Assembly: GCA_937906795.1 (NCBI GenBank)
Contig: CALCUQ010000020.1
Span: forward strand, 1 to 24,571
Origin: an uncultured Bacteroidales bacterium
GTDB taxonomy: Bacteria > Bacteroidota > Bacteroidia > Bacteroidales > UBA932
Length of the DNA: 24,571 bases
Direction: 5' to 3'
A model generated the notes under the pieces. It did not search any database and was not told the origin of the DNA. It was given only the letters and a program-made list of their open reading frames with translations. The position numbers and the translations under genes are program-made. Position 1 is the stretch's first letter, and every line of letters starts with the position of its first letter. Shown piece by piece: positions 17,852-24,571 of the stretch.

Positions 17852-19546
17852 ATGAACACAATTGGTGGTATTTTAACACTTTTGGGCTCTTTAGGATTAT
17901 TCCTTTATGGAATGACACTAATGAGTGAAGCACTTCAAAAAGTAGCAGGCGAAAAACTAAGATCATTCCTGGCTGCAATGACATCAAACTCATTCAAAAG
18001 AGTTTTTACAGGTTTCCTTATTACAGCAATTATCCAATCTTCAAGTGCAACAACCGTAATGGTAGTGAGCTTTGTGAATGCCGGTCTGCTTTCACTTACT
18101 CAGTCAATTGGAGTGATTATGGGTGCAAACATTGGAACAACCTGTACAGCATGGTTTATTTCGCTTTTGGGATTTAAAGCAGATATCTCTGTTATTGCTA
18201 TTCCGGTAATTGGTTTTGGTTTTGCCCTAATGATGTTCAAATCCAAAAAGAAAAAATCATTTGGCGAGTTACTTATTGGTTTTGCACTGTTATTCCTGGG
18301 CCTAACATTCTTAAAAAATTCTGTTCCAGATTTGCAGAGTTCACCAGAAGTACTTGAATTTATCAAAAACTGGACAAATTACGGAATAGGATCAGTTTTA
18401 ATATTCATTCTTATTGGAACAATCCTTACAATTGTACTGCAATCATCCAGTGCAACAATGGCATTGACATTGGTTATGTGTAACAACGGATGGATCCCAT
18501 TTGAAATGGGTGCAGCTATGGTATTGGGTGAAAATATTGGAACAACAATTACTGCAAATATTGCAGCTTCTGTAGCCAATGTTTCTGCAAGAAGAGCAGC
18601 TCTCGGCCACTCTGTGTTTAATCTCTTTGGTGTGTTATGGGCAATTCTTCTATTCTCACCATTTTTATATGTAGTATCAAAGATAATTGTAGCTATTGGT
18701 TGTGACAACCCACTTGAGCCTGGTGCATCTGGTACATCAATACTATATGGTATCTCAATGGTTCACTCTCTTTTCAACATTATGAATACTTTGATTCTGG
18801 TATGGTTCACCAACCAGATAGTACAGCTTGTAACTAAAGTTATCCCTCAGAAAGATGCAGAAGAGGTATTCAGATTAAAATATATCCAAAGTGGAGCATT
18901 GAACACAGCAGAGTTGTCATTGGAGCAAGCAAAAAATGAGATTATCCACTATGCAAGAATTTGTAAAAAACAATATACATATGCAAGGGAGGCTCTTCAT
19001 ACAGACAATACCGACAGATTTGATGAACTTTACAAGAAGTTGGAGTATTATGAGCAGGTAACAGACAGAATTGAGTTTGAAATTGCAAACTTCCTCAATC
19101 AGGTGTCTGAAGGGGTAATCAGCGATGAGTCTGGAAGAAGAATCCAAGCAATGTACAAGATTATCAGCGAGCTTGAGAGTATTGGTGATTCTGGGTTCAA
19201 TATAGCACGTATTCTACAACGCAGAAATATTCACAATAGAAAATTTGACGAGAATATGATCAAGAAACTTGATTATATGTTGGATCTTTTGGATACCGGA
19301 TTTGACATTATGATTGAGAATCTTACACTTGGATATACAAAACTTCATAATATTTCTAATGCACAAGACTCTGAGCAATGCATTAACGAATACAGAAACA
19401 ACCTTAAAGAGGAGCATCTGTTAAATCTTGAAAACAATGTATATCACTATCTTACAGGTGTATACTATATAGATTTAGTTAATGAGTGTGAGCATGTAGG
19501 CGACTTTATGATCAATATCTCAGAGGCTATTATGGAGATTAAATAG
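17852..19546 (+). CDS. Na/Pi cotransporter family protein with C-terminal PhoU-like domains
   Basis: Two QSSSAT repeats with GANIGTT / GENIGTT; C-terminal ELESIGD and ECEHVGD. ATG at 17852 preferred over TTG at 17780. Confidence 0.94.
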   Translation: MNTIGGILTLLGSLGLFLYGMTLMSEALQKVAGEKLRSFLAAMTSNSFKRVFTGFLITAIIQSSSATTVMVVSFVNAGLLSLTQSIGVIMGANIGTTCTAWFISLLGFKADISVIAIPVIGFGFALMMFKSKKKKSFGELLIGFALLFLGLTFLKNSVPDLQSSPEVLEFIKNWTNYGIGSVLIFILIGTILTIVLQSSSATMALTLVMCNNGWIPFEMGAAMVLGENIGTTITANIAASVANVSARRAALGHSVFNLFGVLWAILLFSPFLYVVSKIIVAIGCDNPLEPGASGTSILYGISMVHSLFNIMNTLILVWFTNQIVQLVTKVIPQKDAEEVFRLKYIQSGALNTAELSLEQAKNEIIHYARICKKQYTYAREALHTDNTDRFDELYKKLEYYEQVTDRIEFEIANFLNQVSEGVISDESGRRIQAMYKIISELESIGDSGFNIARILQRRNIHNRKFDENMIKKLDYMLDLLDTGFDIMIENLTLGYTKLHNISNAQDSEQCINEYRNNLKEEHLLNLENNVYHYLTGVYYIDLVNECEHVGDFMINISEAIMEIK

Positions 19547-20465
19547 TTTCCAGATAATAAATAACCGCTTCAACGGGTGCATCTTTTAAGATCACCCGTT
19601 TTTCTTTATCCAAAAGATACATACTTGGTATTGCTCTAAGTCCGTAGAGTTTGTTGTCCCTAAGAATAAGTTTATGATCATGAGCATAAATCCACTCATT
19701 TGGATATCTCTCTCTATTTTCTGCCCAGATTTCAAGTTGCTCATCTATGTAAATTGCCAAAACAGAAAGCCTCCCCTGCTTAACAAGCAAATTGATCTTG
19801 CTCTCTTTCAAACTCTCCAGAATTGCAGCACAACTATAACAATCGGGATTATTGAAAAACAAAAGAGTATAGTCTCCCCCCAATGAGTGCATATTTGATA
19901 CCTTAAACTTGCCGCTGGGCTGCAAAGCTTTAAATTCAAAATCATTGGATATGGTTCCAACCCTATTCAGACTGCAGATATCATATTGATATTGCCAGGA
20001 AAGTTTGTCTGTTTCTGAAAGAGCCTCTGACTTTAATACATTCTCCAGGAACAACAAATACACTTCTTCATCAAGATATGGAGAATTTGGATTATAGAAT
20101 GTTTTTTCTGCATCTGATATAAGTCTAAGAAGCAATCTTTTCTCCCCTGCAACTGCAATGGAATCAGCTTTTTGGAATGCATTGTCTACTGCTTTTTTAG
20201 TATATTTTTTGTCGGCCGACAAAATAATGCCAAAAAAGTTAGCGGATGCTTCATCCAAAGAAACAGAATCTACATTTGGGGTATAATTTCTCCAGAAATT
20301 CCTTGCAATGTATCCTGGTATCTCTCCCTGGCTCATCATTACAGGTGGCTCAATATACTTGAATGGAACTTTTTCAACTGAATTCTTACCATTGTTACAT
20401 GCAAGGCACAATAGTGCTCCCAGCAAAAGAATACCTGATTGATTTAAAATGCATCTGAAATCCAT
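19539..20465 (-). CDS. DUF5106-type lipoprotein with a thioredoxin-like domain
   Basis: Lipobox CLAC; NFWRNY, FYNPNSPYLDEE, NRVG, FFNNPDCYSC (CxxC), YGLRAIPSMYLLDKEKRVILKD. Confidence 0.85.
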   Translation of the reverse strand: MDFRCILNQSGILLLGALLCLACNNGKNSVEKVPFKYIEPPVMMSQGEIPGYIARNFWRNYTPNVDSVSLDEASANFFGIILSADKKYTKKAVDNAFQKADSIAVAGEKRLLLRLISDAEKTFYNPNSPYLDEEVYLLFLENVLKSEALSETDKLSWQYQYDICSLNRVGTISNDFEFKALQPSGKFKVSNMHSLGGDYTLLFFNNPDCYSCAAILESLKESKINLLVKQGRLSVLAIYIDEQLEIWAENRERYPNEWIYAHDHKLILRDNKLYGLRAIPSMYLLDKEKRVILKDAPVEAVIYYLETI

Positions 20466-20487
20466 AACTCAATAATCTGTATATAAC

Positions 20488-20516
20488 AAAAAACCCACAA
20501 CTGAAAGCTGTGGGTT
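20488..20516 (-). terminator. Intrinsic terminator of tRNA-Gln
   Basis: - strand AACCCACAGC-TTTCA-GTTGTGGGTT followed by a U tract. Confidence 0.8.
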
Positions 20517-20517
20517 G

Positions 20518-20588
20518 TTGAGATACAAGGATTCGAACCTTGACAGACAGAACCAAAATCTGTAGTGCTACCATTACACCATATCTCA
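20518..20588 (-). tRNA. tRNA-Gln (TTG)
   Basis: TGAGATA-TGGTGTAATGGTAGCACT-ACAGA-TTTTGGT-TCTGT-CTGT-CAAGG-TTCGAAT-CCTTG-TATCTCA-A: full cloverleaf, anticodon TTG, CCA not encoded. Confidence 0.96.
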
Positions 20589-20600
20589 GTTTTGTGGGTG

Positions 20601-20631
20601 CAAATATATGAACATTTTTTTAATCTCCAAA
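20601..20631 (-). promoter_or_regulatory. tRNA promoter (TTTG-N19-TATATTTG)
   Basis: -33 TTTG at 20628-20631 and -7 TATATTTG at 20601-20608, canonical Bacteroidota spacing. Confidence 0.75.
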
Positions 20632-20663
20632 AAAAACAATCTATTTTTTCAAATAAGTTGCTT

Positions 20664-21137
20664 CTACATTACATTTGAGACAAAATTCAGGAACGATTGT
20701 CCGTAAATCACATATAAAATTGTCCACACTCCAAACCTCGCAGCCTTACCCATCACTATAAATGCAAAGCATTTGTAAAAGTTCAATCTATAAAATCCCA
20801 AGCCTATGGCAAAAACATCGCCTATAAAAGGCAACCAGCACAAAAATGCCAAAAGAGGACCATATTTGTCTATTACAGTCTTTTGTCGCTCAAGTTTCTC
20901 CCTTGAAACATGCATATATTTTTCAATCCATTCCCACTTTCCAAGATATCCCAACCCATATGATGTAAGACTGCCAAGACTGTTCCCTACCGTAGCTACA
21001 AGAAATGTTTCCAAAGGAGAACATCCTGCAAGCAATGCTCCAATCAAAAGTATTTCTGCACTGAACGGAATTACCGTAGCTGCCAAAAAACACCCTATAA
21101 ACAATCCTAGATATCCTAATCCCAATAATGCTTCCAT
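20664..21137 (-). CDS. YqaA family (DedA/VTT) membrane protein
   Basis: FLAATVIPFSAE, ATVGNSLGS..SYGLG, WLPFIGD, GKAARF. Confidence 0.9.
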   Translation of the reverse strand: MEALLGLGYLGLFIGCFLAATVIPFSAEILLIGALLAGCSPLETFLVATVGNSLGSLTSYGLGYLGKWEWIEKYMHVSREKLERQKTVIDKYGPLLAFLCWLPFIGDVFAIGLGFYRLNFYKCFAFIVMGKAARFGVWTILYVIYGQSFLNFVSNVM

Positions 21138-21154
21138 TCTAATGTATGGCCAGT

Positions 21155-21595
21155 TTAACCTCTTTTTTGCTTAAAAAATTCCTTTACTATACTAGAGCAC
21201 TCCTGTTGTAGCACCCCACTGTCAACCTGGGTTTTTGGGTGCATTAATGATGGTGAATACTTTGAAAACCCTTTCTTTTCGTCGGGAGTACCATACACAA
21301 CTCTTTTAATCTGCGACCACGCCAACGCTGCAGCGCACATAGGACAGGGTTCCACAGTAACATATATTGTGCATTGATCAAGATATTTGCCGCCCAGAAA
21401 CGATGTTGCCATTGTAATTGCCTGCATCTCCGCATGTGCTGTTGCGTCACACAAATGCTCGGTTAAATTGTATGCTCTTGCAATAATCCTGCCTCCACAC
21501 TCAATAACTGCTCCAATAGGAACCTCGTCCTGATCAAAAGCTTTCTGCGCCTCTTTGAGTGCCTGCTGCATATATTTGATATCTGACTGCTGCAT
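21155..21595 (-). CDS. tadA: tRNA adenosine(34) deaminase / nucleoside deaminase
   Basis: EVPIGAV, DATAHAE, YVTVEPCPMC zinc-binding motifs. Confidence 0.9.
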   Translation of the reverse strand: MQQSDIKYMQQALKEAQKAFDQDEVPIGAVIECGGRIIARAYNLTEHLCDATAHAEMQAITMATSFLGGKYLDQCTIYVTVEPCPMCAAALAWSQIKRVVYGTPDEKKGFSKYSPSLMHPKTQVDSGVLQQECSSIVKEFFKQKRG

Positions 21596-21615
21596 AAATT
21601 AGGTATAAGTTATTA

Positions 21616-21623
21616 CAAAGATA
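21616..21623 (-). promoter_or_regulatory. -7 element for tadA-yqaA
   Basis: TATCTTTG on the - strand 20 nt upstream of the tadA ATG. Confidence 0.55.
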
Positions 21624-21624
21624 T

Positions 21625-21668
21625 AAAAAAGAAACTGACCCTTTTGAGTTTTCTCGTTTGGGTCAGTT
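21625..21668 (-). terminator. groEL terminator
   Basis: - strand AACTGACCC ... GGGTCAGTT stem (inner GAG-AAAA-CTC) followed by TCTTTTTT. Confidence 0.75.
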
Positions 21669-21693
21669 CTCTATTTGCTCAGATGAGTGTTTT

Positions 21694-23617
<1,924 letters not shown>

Positions 23618-23677
23618 TTCGTTAATCTCCTATTTTGTTTTTAATATTTATAAAATTAATTCTTTGTTTTGTCAAAG

Positions 23678-23692
23678 GCAAGTTTTGTGCCA
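23678..23692 (-). promoter_or_regulatory. Sigma54-type -24/-12 promoter upstream of groES
   Basis: TGGCAC-AAAAC-TTGC matches TGGCAC-N5-TTGC exactly, 60 nt upstream of the groES ATG. Confidence 0.65.
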
Positions 23693-23728
23693 AAAGATTT
23701 TTTTTCTGTCAAATTGTCATAGAAAATC

Positions 23729-24571
23729 CTATAAAAATGCCTTTAATTGTTCGTTTAGTGTTTCTATTTTTTGTTCTGCGTCTGAAAGTTTCTTTCTTTC
23801 CATTGCTACTACTTGCTCTGGTGCTCCACTAACAAAGTTTTCGTTTGAAAGTTTTTTCATTACTGAATTTTTAAAGCCTTCATAATATTCTATGTCTGCT
23901 TTTATTTTTTTGATTTCTTCTTCTTTGTTTACATTATCGGTCAAAGGAACGAAAAACTCTAAGGTTCTTACCATTTTTGCAATCGCTTTTTCAACTTTTT
24001 CTTCGCAAGATGAAAGTGTGTCAAGGTTACAAAGTTTGCAAACAATATCTGAATATTTTTCTATTATGCTTGCTTCTTCTGATTTTGTGAAATAAACTTG
24101 TAAAGCAACTTTTTGAGCTATGTTTTTCTCGTTTCGTACGCTTCTTATTGCTGTAATAAATTCTTCAATGAACTCAAATTCATTTAGAAGTGTTGTGTTT
24201 ACTTCTTTTATTGCAGGAAGTTGAGCTTGCATTATGAAGTCGTTTTCTTTTCTCTCTTTTATAATGTGATAAACCTCTTCGCTGACAAATGGCATAAAAG
24301 GATGAAGAATTTTCATCACATCTTCAAATATGTCAAGCGTTGCTTCGTAAGTTTTTTTATCGATTGGAGCTTGATAAGCAGGTTTAATAATTTCCAAATA
24401 CCAAGAACAAAGATCGTCCCATACGAATTTGTAAACACTCATCAAGGATTCTGATAAACGATATTTAGAGAAATCGTCTTCCAAATCAACTAATGTTTTG
24501 TTCATTTTTTCTTTAAACCATTCTATTGCAAGAACTGAACTTTTAGGTTGCTCAATGTCTTCAACAGTCCA
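23729..24571 (-). CDS. valS: Valine--tRNA ligase, C-terminal part; runs off the window
   Basis: Frame is open to the window edge (WTVEDIEQPKSSVLAIEWFKEKM...); FVWDDLCSWYLEIIKP, LHPFMPFVSEE, KKLSNENFVSGAPEQVV coiled-coil arm. Confidence 0.97.
   Translation of the reverse strand, partial: WTVEDIEQPKSSVLAIEWFKEKMNKTLVDLEDDFSKYRLSESLMSVYKFVWDDLCSWYLEIIKPAYQAPIDKKTYEATLDIFEDVMKILHPFMPFVSEEVYHIIKERKENDFIMQAQLPAIKEVNTTLLNEFEFIEEFITAIRSVRNEKNIAQKVALQVYFTKSEEASIIEKYSDIVCKLCNLDTLSSCEEKVEKAIAKMVRTLEFFVPLTDNVNKEEEIKKIKADIEYYEGFKNSVMKKLSNENFVSGAPEQVVAMERKKLSDAEQKIETLNEQLKAFL

Noticed and set aside
20466..20663. tRNA-Gln as an integration site for an island
   Set aside because: No integrase, no duplicated tRNA 3' end seen, and the flanking genes are ordinary chromosomal genes.
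23618..23728. CIRCE/HrcA operator before groES
   Set aside because: No TTAGCACTC-N9-GAGTGCTAA match.

Overview
A 24.6 kb, gene-dense, mostly housekeeping segment from a Bacteroidota (Bacteroidales-like) genome, judged from the gene set (DUF2723, DUF4271-hemD-rnpA-yidD, DUF5106, GH3) and repeated TAnnTTTG (-7) promoter elements. Gene order: S41 protease (partial), rdgB, recO, GH3-family ligase (apparently frameshifted at its 5' end), TPR-TM-LuxR regulator, DUF2723/TMEM260-like glycosyltransferase, SUI1, DUF4271, hemD, rnpA, yidD, acyltransferase-GNAT fusion, uvrC, a large metallopeptidase/propeller/beta-barrel outer-membrane protein, Na/Pi cotransporter, DUF5106 lipoprotein, tRNA-Gln(TTG), YqaA/DedA, tadA, groEL, groES, valS (partial). 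I saw no mobile element, CRISPR array or defence island. Most notable: (1) a structured 300 bp intergenic module upstream of the TPR-LuxR regulator, with direct repeats, an inverted repeat flanking a promoter, and a candidate ~85 nt sRNA with its own terminator; (2) an abrupt codon-usage switch inside groEL, suggesting a chimeric join or recombination; (3) a +1 frameshift splitting the GH3 N-terminus; (4) a sigma54-type promoter with TGACA repeats before groES; (5) a possible GC-skew inversion near 3-5 kb. All family assignments are by eye, without database searches.
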